This document shows positions 39,417 through 49,390 of a stretch of 64,000 nucleotides of DNA, in pieces. A program made the translations under genes and the position numbers. The notes beneath the pieces are model-generated. The model had not been told where the DNA came from. It ran no database searches and worked only from the letters and a program-made list of their open reading frames with translations. Location of the stretch: the NCBI GenBank assembly GCA_964454835.1, contig CAYVTU010000011.1, positions 26,243-90,242 of the forward strand, written 5' to 3'. The number at the start of each line of letters is the position of its first letter. Position 1 is the first letter of the stretch. Source of the stretch: an uncultured Brachyspira sp. (GTDB lineage: Bacteria; Spirochaetota; JAAYUW01).

Positions 39417-40109
39417 TTATCTAAAAAAAGAAGCAAATGTGTTAAATAATTTAGAAGATAAACCATTATTTCCTGAATCGTTAAGGTAGCTATTTATAAC
39501 TTCTCCATTAATCATGTGTAGGTCATTTTTCAACAGATTCATATACCCTTTTACTACTCCTGAATTTGATTTATGAATATATATAATTGTTCCATCATCT
39601 TTTATTTCGACTATCAAAGCAACATGAGTAAATAGATCATCATTTTTTCCATTTTTATTTCTATCATAAGTATTGTCAAATATTATAATATCACCAATAT
39701 TAAAAGACATTTGACTTACTGAAAAATAATTATTTGCTATTAGATAAAGTTGGTGAACTCCTCCAAAAGGGGTCTGATCGACAAGATATAGACCAAGATC
39801 TACTCCTGCTTTATAATAGACATAAAATATAAATCCTGAACAATCAAATAGAAATGATCTTGAGTTAAATGAGAAAGAAGAAATACCTAACGATTGATTG
39901 GCAATTAACACTATTTTTTTTCTTAATTCATCCTGCTCTTCTTTATTAACTTGTATTTTGTCGATAGGTTTATTTATTATTTTAAATGAATAAAAATTCT
40001 TTATATATTCATAATCTCTATAATATTTATATGATGATGAACACCCAAATAAAAAAATAGATGAAAACATTGTAAAAATCAGACATAAGATAATCAATTT
40101 TTTTTTCAT
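39417..40109 (-). CDS. NlpC/P60-family cell-wall peptidase lipoprotein
   Basis: Lipobox LFGCSS, a catalytic Cys in DCSGFIFYVYY and a His in THVALIV. Confidence 0.6.
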   Translation of the reverse strand: MKKKLIILCLIFTMFSSIFLFGCSSSYKYYRDYEYIKNFYSFKIINKPIDKIQVNKEEQDELRKKIVLIANQSLGISSFSFNSRSFLFDCSGFIFYVYYKAGVDLGLYLVDQTPFGGVHQLYLIANNYFSVSQMSFNIGDIIIFDNTYDRNKNGKNDDLFTHVALIVEIKDDGTIIYIHKSNSGVVKGYMNLLKNDLHMINGEVINSYLNDSGNNGLSSKLFNTFASFFR

Positions 40110-40112
40110 TTC

Positions 40113-40694
40113 TTAAAATTCAAATATTTCTTTATATATCGGTTTTGTAGGAGTAAGTATAGATTGAAACAATTTAAGTTTTCCTAAGGAAAAATCTAAT
40201 TTTTGAACTTCAAACCCAGGTAAAGTCTCCCATAAATTAAAATTATTGAAATTAAAGTAACTAAAATTTTTAATTCTAGCAAGTGTCAAATGTGGGATAA
40301 ATCTTCTGTTTTCTTTATTAATTCCTATTTTTTCAAGAATTTTTTCAATATCTTTTTGATTCTTCTCTATTATATTTTGATTATTATGAATCTTTAAAAT
40401 CAAAACCTTTGGTTCTTTTCGATTTGGGAATGCATCCAATCCGCTTAAATTAAAAAGATATTCCTCTCTATTAAAATTAAAATTATGTTTTTTAAGAGCA
40501 TTTATGATTAAGTCTGGATTTTGATTTTCGAAAAATTTTATTGTTAAATGAATATCAGAGATATCTACATATTTTATATTGATATTCTTTTCTCTAGAAA
40601 TTTGTTGATCAAACTCTATTTTTATTATATCAATAATTTTCTTGAGCTTTGCCAGTAGAGCATCATCGAAAGTATAAGCTAGAAACAATCTCAT
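40113..40694 (-). CDS. thpR: 2H phosphoesterase: RNA 2',3'-cyclic phosphodiesterase (ThpR/LigT)
   Basis: Two H-x-T-x motifs (HLTIKF and HLTLARI) in a ~190-aa protein. Confidence 0.7.
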   Translation of the reverse strand: MRLFLAYTFDDALLAKLKKIIDIIKIEFDQQISREKNINIKYVDISDIHLTIKFFENQNPDLIINALKKHNFNFNREEYLFNLSGLDAFPNRKEPKVLILKIHNNQNIIEKNQKDIEKILEKIGINKENRRFIPHLTLARIKNFSYFNFNNFNLWETLPGFEVQKLDFSLGKLKLFQSILTPTKPIYKEIFEF

Positions 40695-40776
40695 AAAAGA
40701 AAATTTACATATTATTGAAAATATTCAATATTAAAATTATAATTTAGGAGGAAATAATAATAAAAAAATTGTCAAA

Positions 40777-41283
40777 ATGAGGTTTTTCATGATTAAAGAT
40801 AAAGTTAAATTATCTAATGAAGGATATAATATTTTTTTAGAGGCATTGACATATTGCAAAGAAGTTCTTGATAAAGGTCAAATTGTTCATACACGGGTAT
40901 TTTTTCCTTCAAAAGAGAAAGACGATATTTATTTTATTGAACTATCTAAATTAATAGATGAATTGATAGAAAAATTTGAATTAAAAAATCCATTTGATAA
41001 TAGAAAATCAGAATATTTTGAATTTATCAAGGAAACAGCTTTAGATATTATGAGGATGAAAATCAGCCAGGAATCGCCAGATCACTATCTTTATTTGACT
41101 CAATTTGAAGATAATTCTATCAATTTTATAATTAGAGACCCTGAATCTTTTGGTGTAACTAAAATAACATTAAAATATAAAAATAAAGATTTTGATATTG
41201 AAAAGATTGAGAATATGCCATCTAATCCTTATACAAACCCTATGAGTTCACTTTCTACTGAAAAAAATGATTTTTCTATTTAA
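40777..41283 (+). CDS. Uncharacterized 168-aa protein immediately upstream of rtcB
   Basis: Clean ORF with an AGGAGG-like SD (aatttaggagg). No recognisable motif (not archease: no HTAD). Confidence 0.45.
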   Translation: MRFFMIKDKVKLSNEGYNIFLEALTYCKEVLDKGQIVHTRVFFPSKEKDDIYFIELSKLIDELIEKFELKNPFDNRKSEYFEFIKETALDIMRMKISQESPDHYLYLTQFEDNSINFIIRDPESFGVTKITLKYKNKDFDIEKIENMPSNPYTNPMSSLSTEKNDFSI

Positions 41284-41407
41284 ATAAATATTTTATATTA
41301 TTGTTAAATATTCGATAGATATTTTTTATTTAAGTTATTTATTTGAGATATTTTAAAAAAAATAAATTAAAAGATAATAAAAAATTAAAAAAAATTAATT
41401 TAAAAAA

Positions 41408-42841
41408 ATGAAAATAGAAAAGATTAATAATAACAAATTTATCATAAACAAAACAGGAGAGATGAAAGCTCCTGCAATTATATATTGCAATGAACAGATG
41501 ATTTCAAATATTCTTTCTGATAAATCTCTTAATCAAATTATTAATGTCGCAAGTCTTCCAGGAATAGTAAATTATGCAATTGCTATGCCTGATATTCATC
41601 AGGGATATGGCTTTCCTATTGGAGGGGTTGCTGCTTTCGATAGTGAACAGGGAATTATCTGTCCTGGAGGAGTTGGCTTTGATATTAATTGTGGTGTAAG
41701 ATTAATAAAAACCAATTTGACAAAAGATGAAATAGAAAAAAATATTACAAAACTTTCATATCTTCTTTTTTCATCAATTCCTTCTGGTTTAGGTTCACAA
41801 AGTAATAAAAAATTTGAAAAAAAAGAGATGAAAAATTTTATTGATGACGGAATAAAATGGATGATTAAAAGAGGATATGCTGACAATATAGATTCAGATA
41901 GTATTGAAGATAATGGGGCTTTAAGTCAAACAGATTCAGAAATTATTTCGGAGGAAGCATTTAACAGAGGAAAAGATGAATTAGGAACTTTAGGATCAGG
42001 AAATCATTTTCTTGAAATAGATTATATCTCTCAAATTTTTGATAAAAAAATAGCAAAAGAATTTGGATTGTTTCCAAATCAAATTGTCATCTGGATTCAT
42101 ACCGGCTCAAGAGGTTTTGGTCATCAAATTGCAAAAGAATATATTGATAAAATGAAGAAAAAAATGATAAAAAATGGAATAAAACTTAAAGATCCAGAAC
42201 TTGTGTACCTTCCAATATCTGATCCAATCTCTCAACAATATATTACTGCAATGAATTGTGCAGCAAATTATGCCTATTGCAACAGACAATTGATAACTTT
42301 TCACATTAGAGAGTCATTTCAGAAGATTTTTAACAAAACTTGGGATAAATTAGGACTTTTTATTCTTTATGATGTATGTCACAACATTGCAAAATATGAA
42401 AATCACATTGTTGACAATAAAATTAAAAAATTATTAATTCACCGAAAAGGAGCCACACGAGCATTTCCAAGCCAGAACAAAAATATCCCTATGAAATTTT
42501 ATAATATTGGACAACCAGTTTTAATCCCTGGTGATATGGAGCGAGGGTCATATATTCTTGTTGGCACAAACCAATGTATGATAGAGACTTTTGGTTCGGT
42601 TTCTCATGGAGCTGGAAGAGTTATGAGTCGAAATCAAGCAAAAAAAAGTTTTGATTTTTCGTCTATACAAAAAGAACTATCTAGCAAAAATATTTTTCTT
42701 ATAGCAAAAGATAACACTTTAATATTAGAAGAAGCTCCCTTAGCATACAAAAATATAGATAATATAATAAATATCCTAATATTAAATAACCTTTCAAAGA
42801 TTGTAGCAAAATCTTTACCAATTTCAGTTGTTAAAGGATAG
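41408..42841 (+). CDS. rtcB: RNA-splicing ligase RtcB
   Basis: The metal-binding and GTP motifs of RtcB are present: MPDIHQGYGFPIGGVAAFD, GSGNHFLEIDY, HNIAKYENH and SVSHGAGRVMSR. Confidence 0.9.
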   Translation: MKIEKINNNKFIINKTGEMKAPAIIYCNEQMISNILSDKSLNQIINVASLPGIVNYAIAMPDIHQGYGFPIGGVAAFDSEQGIICPGGVGFDINCGVRLIKTNLTKDEIEKNITKLSYLLFSSIPSGLGSQSNKKFEKKEMKNFIDDGIKWMIKRGYADNIDSDSIEDNGALSQTDSEIISEEAFNRGKDELGTLGSGNHFLEIDYISQIFDKKIAKEFGLFPNQIVIWIHTGSRGFGHQIAKEYIDKMKKKMIKNGIKLKDPELVYLPISDPISQQYITAMNCAANYAYCNRQLITFHIRESFQKIFNKTWDKLGLFILYDVCHNIAKYENHIVDNKIKKLLIHRKGATRAFPSQNKNIPMKFYNIGQPVLIPGDMERGSYILVGTNQCMIETFGSVSHGAGRVMSRNQAKKSFDFSSIQKELSSKNIFLIAKDNTLILEEAPLAYKNIDNIINILILNNLSKIVAKSLPISVVKG

Positions 42842-42879
42842 CAAAAAATAAAAATTTTTATTTTTTTTTATTAAAATTA

Positions 42880-42908
42880 TTGACAATTTATATCTATACT
42901 CTTAAAAT
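42880..42908 (+). promoter_or_regulatory. sigma70-type promoter for the liv operon: TTGACA-N17-TAAAAT
   Basis: TTGACA at 42880-42885, a 17-nt spacer, then TAAAAT at 42903-42908. It lies about 40 nt upstream of the livK ATG. Confidence 0.45.
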
Positions 42909-42947
42909 AGAATCAAGAGTGTTAAATTTTTTTTGGAGGTAGTTATT

Positions 42948-44087
42948 ATGAAACGAAATTTACGCTTCTTGGTTTTCACTCTTTTTATTCTTCTAGTCAT
43001 CGGATTAGTCTTCTCCGGTTGTAAGAAAGAAGTAAAAGAAATTGTCATTGGTGGCGTTGGTCCAGTATCTGGTGAAGCTGCTACTTTTGGACAATCAACA
43101 AAAGAAGGCGCAGAACTTGCTGTTGAAGAATGGAATGCTGCTGGTGGGTTACTTGGTAAAAATATTAAGTTGATTTACCAGGATGATAAAGGTGATCCAA
43201 CAGAAGCAGCTACTGTATGGACAAAACTCATTACTCAAGATAAAGTTGTAGCAATAGTTGGAACAGTTATGAGTAAATGTTCTTTGGCAGGAGCTCCAAT
43301 AAGCCAACAGTATAAAGTTCCTATGATAAGCCCAACTTCAACAAACCCAAAAGTAACAGAAGTTGGCGATTATATTTTTAGAGCTTGCTTTATAGATCCT
43401 TTCCAGGGAACTGTTGGTGCAAAATTTGCCTTTGAAAATTTAAATGCAAAAAAAGCTGCTTGTATTTTTGATGTTGGAAATGATTATACAAAAGGTCTTT
43501 CTGAATTCTTCAGAGATAAATTTACTGAACTTGGCGGTACAATTGTTGCTTTTGAAGCTCATCCAACAGGAACAACCGATTTCAAAGCTCAGTTGACAAA
43601 AATCATTGCTGCAAAACCTGATGTAATCTATATTTCTGACTATTACAATGATGTTGCTTTAATTGCAAAACAAGCACGAGAACTTGGTTTTAAGGGACCT
43701 ATCGTTGGTGGTGATGGATGGGATTCACCTGATTTAGTTAAAATTGGTGGAACAGCAGTAGAAAATGGTTATTTTACAAACCATTTCTCAAAAGATGACC
43801 CAAGACCTATTGTTCAAGAATTTGTTAAAAAATATCAGGCTAAATTCGGAAAAGTTCCTGATGCTCTTGCTGCATTGGCATACGATGCTACTATTATCAT
43901 GCTTGATGCTATAAAGAGAGCTGGCTCAACTGATCCAGAAAAGATTAAGAAAGCTCTTGCTGAAACAAATATCAATGTAGTTTCTGGATTAGTAACTTTT
44001 GATAAAAATAGAAATCCTATTAAATCTGCTGTTATAATTGCTATTAAAAATGGACAGCAGGTTTATCAAGCTACAGTTAATCCTTAG
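42948..44087 (+). CDS. livK: Branched-chain amino acid ABC transporter substrate-binding lipoprotein
   Basis: Signal peptide with lipobox (LVFSGCKK). Type I periplasmic binding-protein fold of the LivJ/K family. A GGAGG SD lies 9 nt before the ATG at 42948. Confidence 0.8.
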   Translation: MKRNLRFLVFTLFILLVIGLVFSGCKKEVKEIVIGGVGPVSGEAATFGQSTKEGAELAVEEWNAAGGLLGKNIKLIYQDDKGDPTEAATVWTKLITQDKVVAIVGTVMSKCSLAGAPISQQYKVPMISPTSTNPKVTEVGDYIFRACFIDPFQGTVGAKFAFENLNAKKAACIFDVGNDYTKGLSEFFRDKFTELGGTIVAFEAHPTGTTDFKAQLTKIIAAKPDVIYISDYYNDVALIAKQARELGFKGPIVGGDGWDSPDLVKIGGTAVENGYFTNHFSKDDPRPIVQEFVKKYQAKFGKVPDALAALAYDATIIMLDAIKRAGSTDPEKIKKALAETNINVVSGLVTFDKNRNPIKSAVIIAIKNGQQVYQATVNP

Positions 44088-44099
44088 TTTATATTATAT

Positions 44100-44129
44100 C
44101 AGGGGGAGTATTCCCCCTGACTTTTTTTT
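44100..44129 (+). terminator. Intra-operon hairpin plus U tract between livK and livH (partial terminator/attenuator)
   Basis: CAGGGGGA-gtat-TCCCCCTG followed by ACTTTTTTTT. The next gene starts 14 nt later with its own GGGGGA SD. Confidence 0.5.
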
Positions 44130-44143
44130 ATCAGGGGGATCAA

Positions 44144-45073
44144 ATGAATATTAGTTCTTTTATACAACAGATTTTTAATGGGCTTCAGCTAGGTAGTATT
44201 TATGCCCTAATTGCACTTGGATATACAATGGTATACGGTATAGTTAGACTTATTAATTTTGCACATGGTGATTTTTTCATGATTGGTGCTTATGCATCAT
44301 ATGGACTTTTCTTTGCTATTGGAACAATAATGGCCTCTTCTTTTTCTGGTCCAACAGCAGCAATTATCTTATTTCTAGTAATTTTAATTGGTAGTATGAT
44401 TAGTGGTGGTTCTATTGCTCTTATAGCAAATCAATTCGCATATAAACCACTTCGAAATAAACCAAGACTCTCTTCGTTGATTACAGCTATTGGTGTTTCT
44501 ATGTTTCTTGAATACTTTTTATCAGCATTACCAGTAGTAGGTCCTTCATATAGAGGGTTTCCAGAATTAATAAAAAAACAAACATATAATTTTGGTCCAG
44601 CAATAGTATCTAACTATGTTTTATTGGATTTAGGTGTGGCTGCAGTATTAATGATTTTTTTAACGATATTAGTAAAGTATACAAAAATTGGAAAGGCCAT
44701 GAGAGCAGTTTCTCAAGATAAAGATGCGGCGAAACTCATGGGAATTAATATAGAAAAAGTTATAGCAACCACCTTTTTAATTGGTGGTTCTTTTGCAGGA
44801 GTAGCTGGTTTACTCGCTGGCTTGACATATCCAAGAATTTATCCATATATGGGTATTTTACCTGGTTTAAAAGCTTTTATAGCAGCGGTATTAGGTGGAA
44901 TTGGAAACATTCCTGGTGCAGTGCTTGGAAGTTACATTATGGGTATAGCTGAGACTTTTGCTACTGCCATGAATTCACTTATAGGCGAAGGTATAGCATT
45001 TGCAATTTTGATAGTTGTGCTTCTTTTTAGACCTCAAGGATTACTTGGTGAAAAAGTCGCTGACAAGATTTAG
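44144..45073 (+). CDS. livH: Branched-chain amino acid ABC transporter permease
   Basis: 309 aa, multi-TM, LivH family. Confidence 0.8.
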   Translation: MNISSFIQQIFNGLQLGSIYALIALGYTMVYGIVRLINFAHGDFFMIGAYASYGLFFAIGTIMASSFSGPTAAIILFLVILIGSMISGGSIALIANQFAYKPLRNKPRLSSLITAIGVSMFLEYFLSALPVVGPSYRGFPELIKKQTYNFGPAIVSNYVLLDLGVAAVLMIFLTILVKYTKIGKAMRAVSQDKDAAKLMGINIEKVIATTFLIGGSFAGVAGLLAGLTYPRIYPYMGILPGLKAFIAAVLGGIGNIPGAVLGSYIMGIAETFATAMNSLIGEGIAFAILIVVLLFRPQGLLGEKVADKI

Positions 45074-45084
45074 GAGCATAAAAT

Positions 45085-46149
45085 ATGAAATTAAACAATA
45101 CAAAAGAAAAAAAATCGATTTTTATTCAAATAATTACATTTTTTAAAAGAAGAATTGTTCTTTTCTTTATTGCATCAATGGTAGTTATGCTGTTGGTAAT
45201 GATGCTTCACTATTTTGATGTTTTAAACTCATATATTATACAAATAATAAATGTTTCTCTTGTCTATGTTATTTTAGCAGTTTCTCTCAATCTAATAAAT
45301 GGTTTTACAGGACAGTTTTCAATAGGACACATGGGTTTTGCAGCAGTTGGAGCTTATACTTCTGCAACTATCACAACATTACTTTTAAAAATAACACCAA
45401 CTTCATTTCCCAATTACATGATATTTATAATATCTCTTCTAATTGGAGGATGCCTTGCAGGAATTGTAGGTTTTATTATAGGATTCCCTTCTCTAAGACT
45501 TAAAGGTGATTATCTAGCAATTATGACTCTTGGATTTGGTGAAATAATTCGAACTATTTTTAATAATATTGATTATGTTGGTGGACCAAGAGGATTACTT
45601 GGCATACCAAAATTTTCTACATTTCCAATTATTTTTATTACAGCCATCGTTACAATAATTATTATTAGAAATCTTATTTTTTCTACTCATGGAAGAGCTT
45701 TGCTTTCAATAAGAGAAAATGAGGTAGCATCTGAATTAGTAGGCATTAATACAACCTACTATAAGATAGTTGCTTTTGTTGTAGGTGCTTTTTTTGCAGG
45801 TATTGGAGGTGGTTTACTTGCTCATTTAATTCAGATAGCTCATCCTACTCAATTTGGATTTATGTATTCAATACTTGTTTTAATAATGGTTTATGCAGGA
45901 GGTATGGGAAGTATTTCTGGTTCTGTAATAGCTGCATTTGTATTGACATTTTTATCTGAAGGTCTTAGAGTGGGACTTGCATCACTTTCTGATCTTCTCA
46001 AATTTCCAGTAGGAGATCAATGGCGAATGGTTATTTATTCTTTACTTCTTATTTTTATAATGCTTTTTAGAACAGAAGGATTGATGGGAATGAAAGAACT
46101 TCGCTTTTTAATCCCTGAAGAGGAGGATATTCATGAAAAGTGTTCTTAA
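45085..46149 (+). CDS. livM: Branched-chain amino acid ABC transporter permease
   Basis: 354 aa, multi-TM, LivM family. Confidence 0.8.
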   Translation: MKLNNTKEKKSIFIQIITFFKRRIVLFFIASMVVMLLVMMLHYFDVLNSYIIQIINVSLVYVILAVSLNLINGFTGQFSIGHMGFAAVGAYTSATITTLLLKITPTSFPNYMIFIISLLIGGCLAGIVGFIIGFPSLRLKGDYLAIMTLGFGEIIRTIFNNIDYVGGPRGLLGIPKFSTFPIIFITAIVTIIIIRNLIFSTHGRALLSIRENEVASELVGINTTYYKIVAFVVGAFFAGIGGGLLAHLIQIAHPTQFGFMYSILVLIMVYAGGMGSISGSVIAAFVLTFLSEGLRVGLASLSDLLKFPVGDQWRMVIYSLLLIFIMLFRTEGLMGMKELRFLIPEEEDIHEKCS

Positions 46150-46954
46150 AATAAATAAACTAACTCATTACTTTGGAGGTCTTAGAGCTGTATCAGATTT
46201 TAACATTGATTTACCTTTTTCCGCTTTATGGGGTTTAATTGGTCCCAATGGCGCTGGTAAAACAACTATTTTTAATCTTGTTACTGGAATATATAAACCT
46301 ACCAATGGTTCTATAGAATTTTTAGATAATCAGATAACTGGGAAAAAACCATATCAGATCGTCCATATGGGTATAGCAAGGACATTTCAAAACCTTAGAA
46401 TCTTTAATTCATTATCTGTTCTTGATAATATAAGAATTGCCCGACATTATACTACTCAATCTTCTAAACATACTCATACGAGAGATGCAAAATACACGAA
46501 ACAATTTTTAAAAACAACAATATTTGATTCATTCTTCAGGACACCAAGGTACTCTCATATTGAGCAGCAGATTAAAGAAGAAGCTTATGATTTACTTAAA
46601 ATTTTTAAATTAGAAAATTGTATGTTTGATACAGCAAAAAATCTTCCTTATGGAATGCTTCGAAAACTTGAAATAGCTAGAGCTTTAGCTACTCACCCTT
46701 CCCTTCTTTTGCTTGACGAACCAGCAGCGGGAATGAACCCAGCTGAAGTTGCAAATCTTATGGAATTGATTCATTTCATTAGAGACAAATTTAACCTGAC
46801 TATACTTTTAATTGAACATCATATGAAAGTTGTTATGGGTATCTGTGAATACATCAAAGTCATTGATTTTGGCGAGACTATTGCAGAAGGTAAACCTCAC
46901 GAAGTAGCAAATAATCCAAAAGTAATCGAAGCATATCTTGGTAAAGGAGAATAG
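46133..46954 (+). CDS. livG: Branched-chain amino acid ABC transporter ATP-binding protein
   Basis: Walker A GPNGAGKTT and ABC signature motif. Overlaps livM. Confidence 0.85.
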   Translation: MKSVLKINKLTHYFGGLRAVSDFNIDLPFSALWGLIGPNGAGKTTIFNLVTGIYKPTNGSIEFLDNQITGKKPYQIVHMGIARTFQNLRIFNSLSVLDNIRIARHYTTQSSKHTHTRDAKYTKQFLKTTIFDSFFRTPRYSHIEQQIKEEAYDLLKIFKLENCMFDTAKNLPYGMLRKLEIARALATHPSLLLLDEPAAGMNPAEVANLMELIHFIRDKFNLTILLIEHHMKVVMGICEYIKVIDFGETIAEGKPHEVANNPKVIEAYLGKGE

Positions 46955-46955
46955 C

Positions 46956-47660
46956 ATGCTAAAAGTCGAAAATCTTGAAGTATCATATGGAGCTATTAAA
47001 GCATTGAAAGGGATATCATTCGAAGTCCCAGAAAAAAAGGTAGTCACTTTAATCGGAGCAAATGGAGCTGGAAAAACAACAACATTAAGGACATTAAGTG
47101 GCTTGATGAAAGCAAGTAAAGGGAAAATAACTTTTAAAAATCAGGATATTTTTAATCTTCAAGCTCATCAACTAGTCGCTCTTGGTATATCCCATGTTCC
47201 TGAAGGAAGAAGAATCTTTGCTACTTTGACTGTTCAAGAAAATCTTGATATGGCTGCATGGTTAATTAAAAATAAAGGTGAAAAACAAAAAAGATATGAT
47301 GAAGTATTCGAACTTTTTCCAAGACTTAAAGAAAGAAGAAGACAACTTGGTGGCACACTATCAGGAGGTGAACAACAGATGTTAGCAGTAGCAAGAGCTC
47401 TTGTTACTGGTGGAAGCCTTTTACTTTTTGATGAACCTTCTATGGGACTTGCTCCTGTATTAGTAGAAGAGATTTTTAATACTATCATTAAAATAAATAA
47501 AAATGGTTCAACAATTTTACTTGTTGAACAAAATGCAAAAAAAGCTCTTGAAATATCTGATTATGCCTATGTGCTTGAAGTTGGAACAATAAGCTTTCAC
47601 GGACCAGCAAAGGAAATTGCAAATAATTCAAAGGTAAAAGAAGCATATTTAGGAGTTTAG
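46956..47660 (+). CDS. livF: Branched-chain amino acid ABC transporter ATP-binding protein
   Basis: Walker A GANGAGKTT, signature LSGGEQQM and Walker B LLLFDEPS. AAAGGAG SD before the ATG at 46956. Confidence 0.85.
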   Translation: MLKVENLEVSYGAIKALKGISFEVPEKKVVTLIGANGAGKTTTLRTLSGLMKASKGKITFKNQDIFNLQAHQLVALGISHVPEGRRIFATLTVQENLDMAAWLIKNKGEKQKRYDEVFELFPRLKERRRQLGGTLSGGEQQMLAVARALVTGGSLLLFDEPSMGLAPVLVEEIFNTIIKINKNGSTILLVEQNAKKALEISDYAYVLEVGTISFHGPAKEIANNSKVKEAYLGV

Positions 47661-48011
47661 TTCTTAGCTTTTTAATATTTAATTTATCTTTTTAATAAAA
47701 TTAATTAACTGGGTCATAAGTAATACTTAATTTTTCCTTTAGTTTATGTGAATTTTAGTTTAAAGTGAATTTTACTTATCTTCTATTCAATGTGTTCAAA
47801 GATTAGTGATTATTTATTTTTTTAATAACTAATTTATTGTTGAAAACAATATTAGATTTTTTAAAACATGGAAACTTACGAATAATTTCAATAAGAAGTC
47901 ATATCAAAATTAAAATATAAAAGAATTTTTCTTTAAAATTTAAGAATTTTTAATAGTTTTTCTCAACAAATAAATCTATTGATTACAATATTCAGATTTT
48001 TAGCAAATAAT

Positions 48012-48869
48012 TTACTTTCCGATAAAATTTTGTAATATTTTACAGTTATCTATATCCTCGTGATAATCATCGCTTTTTTCAGTTTCTAATAAAAATGGAA
48101 TGTCTTGAAAATATTCAAAATTAATAAAAAACTTAAATGCATCTAATCCTATAAATCCTTTACCTATATGTTCATGTCTATCTTTTTTTGAGGATAATGG
48201 ATATTTTGAATCATTTACATGAATAGCCTTAATTTGTTTTAATCCTATAATCTTATCAAATATTGCCATAGTATTATTAAATGATTTTTCATCTCTAATA
48301 TCATATCCCGCAGAAAATGTATGGCAGGTATCGTAACATACTCCAAAAGATGAAGTTGATTTTACGTGGGATATTATGTAAGCTATATCTTCAAAACTAT
48401 TTCCAAGATTTGAACCCTGTCCAGAAGTAGTTTCTATAAGTATCATAACATTAGATGGTATTTTTATTGAATTGAAAGATTTAATGACCTGTTCTAATCC
48501 CTTTTCTACCCCAAATCCCATATGGGAACCTGGATGAATTACATAATATGGAATATTATATAAATGACATCTATCAAGTTCATCCTGTATCGATATCAGA
48601 CTTTTTTCAAGTATTTCTTTATCGAAAGATGCAAGATTAATCAAATATGAAGCGTGTGCAACAATTTTAAAAAAAAATTGATCTTTTATTTTTTTATTGA
48701 AATCTTCTATATCTTTTATATCTGGCGCTTTAGAATTCCATCTTGTTGCATTTTTAGTAAAAATTTGAAGGGAATGAAATCCAAGATTTTTAGCAATATT
48801 TAAGGCAAAAACTAACCCGTTTTTAATAGAAATATGCGAACCAAATCTTCTATCGAATTCTATTATCAT
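48012..48869 (-). CDS. nfo: Endonuclease IV (AP endonuclease, xylose-isomerase-like TIM barrel)
   Basis: HASYLINLAS and other metal-binding His/Asp/Glu positions of the Nfo family. 4-nt overlap with fliS. Confidence 0.8.
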   Translation of the reverse strand: MIIEFDRRFGSHISIKNGLVFALNIAKNLGFHSLQIFTKNATRWNSKAPDIKDIEDFNKKIKDQFFFKIVAHASYLINLASFDKEILEKSLISIQDELDRCHLYNIPYYVIHPGSHMGFGVEKGLEQVIKSFNSIKIPSNVMILIETTSGQGSNLGNSFEDIAYIISHVKSTSSFGVCYDTCHTFSAGYDIRDEKSFNNTMAIFDKIIGLKQIKAIHVNDSKYPLSSKKDRHEHIGKGFIGLDAFKFFINFEYFQDIPFLLETEKSDDYHEDIDNCKILQNFIGK

Positions 48870-49318
48870 ATTTTATAATTAAATGATGAACCTTCTGAAC
48901 TATCATTTGATGTTTGTTTTTTAACAGTGTCCTTCTTTTCAAGTTCTGCCCATGCAGTCCTTAACTCGGAAAGAATTTTTACAACATTTGCAAGCATATC
49001 AGGATCTTTTTTTATATTTCCCTCTATCATCTCTTTCATACAATAATCATAAATAGCAAATAAATTTTGAGCAATTTCTCCACCTTGTTCAAAGTCTAAT
49101 GACAACATTAATTCAGAAACTATATCTTGAGCTCTTATTATATTATTGTTAATCAAATCATATTTAATAGATTTCTTTTTAATAAATTCAATTGCAGTAT
49201 TAAGACTTACAATTGCTTTATCATAAAGCATAATAACAAGCTGAATTGGGCTTGCTGTTTTGACTTTCATCTCAAGATAGCTTTGAGCTTGTTTGTTATC
49301 TGACAATGTAACCCCCAA
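48866..49318 (-). CDS. fliS: Flagellar export chaperone FliS
   Basis: SYLEMKVKTASPIQLVIMLYDKAI matches the FliS N-terminal consensus (…TASP…L..MLYDGA). Apparent TTG start. Confidence 0.7.
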   Translation of the reverse strand: MGVTLSDNKQAQSYLEMKVKTASPIQLVIMLYDKAIVSLNTAIEFIKKKSIKYDLINNNIIRAQDIVSELMLSLDFEQGGEIAQNLFAIYDYCMKEMIEGNIKKDPDMLANVVKILSELRTAWAELEKKDTVKKQTSNDSSEGSSFNYKI

Positions 49319-49336
49319 TCCTCAGCGTTTTTTGTA

Positions 49337-49363
49337 TTATCGGTATTTTTTCAAAGGATTTTA
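49337..49363 (-). promoter_or_regulatory. sigma28/sigmaD-type promoter: TAAA-N15-ACCGATAA
   Basis: The minus strand reads TAAA (49363-49360), a 15-nt spacer, then ACCGATAA (49344-49337), about 20 nt upstream of the fliS start. Confidence 0.55.
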
Positions 49364-49390
49364 CATAAAATATCAATTTGAAAATATATT

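Noticed and set aside
40777-41283. The 168-aa protein upstream of rtcB as archease
   Set aside because: It lacks the archease N-terminal HTAD(I/V) motif and the overall pattern. It is kept as unknown.
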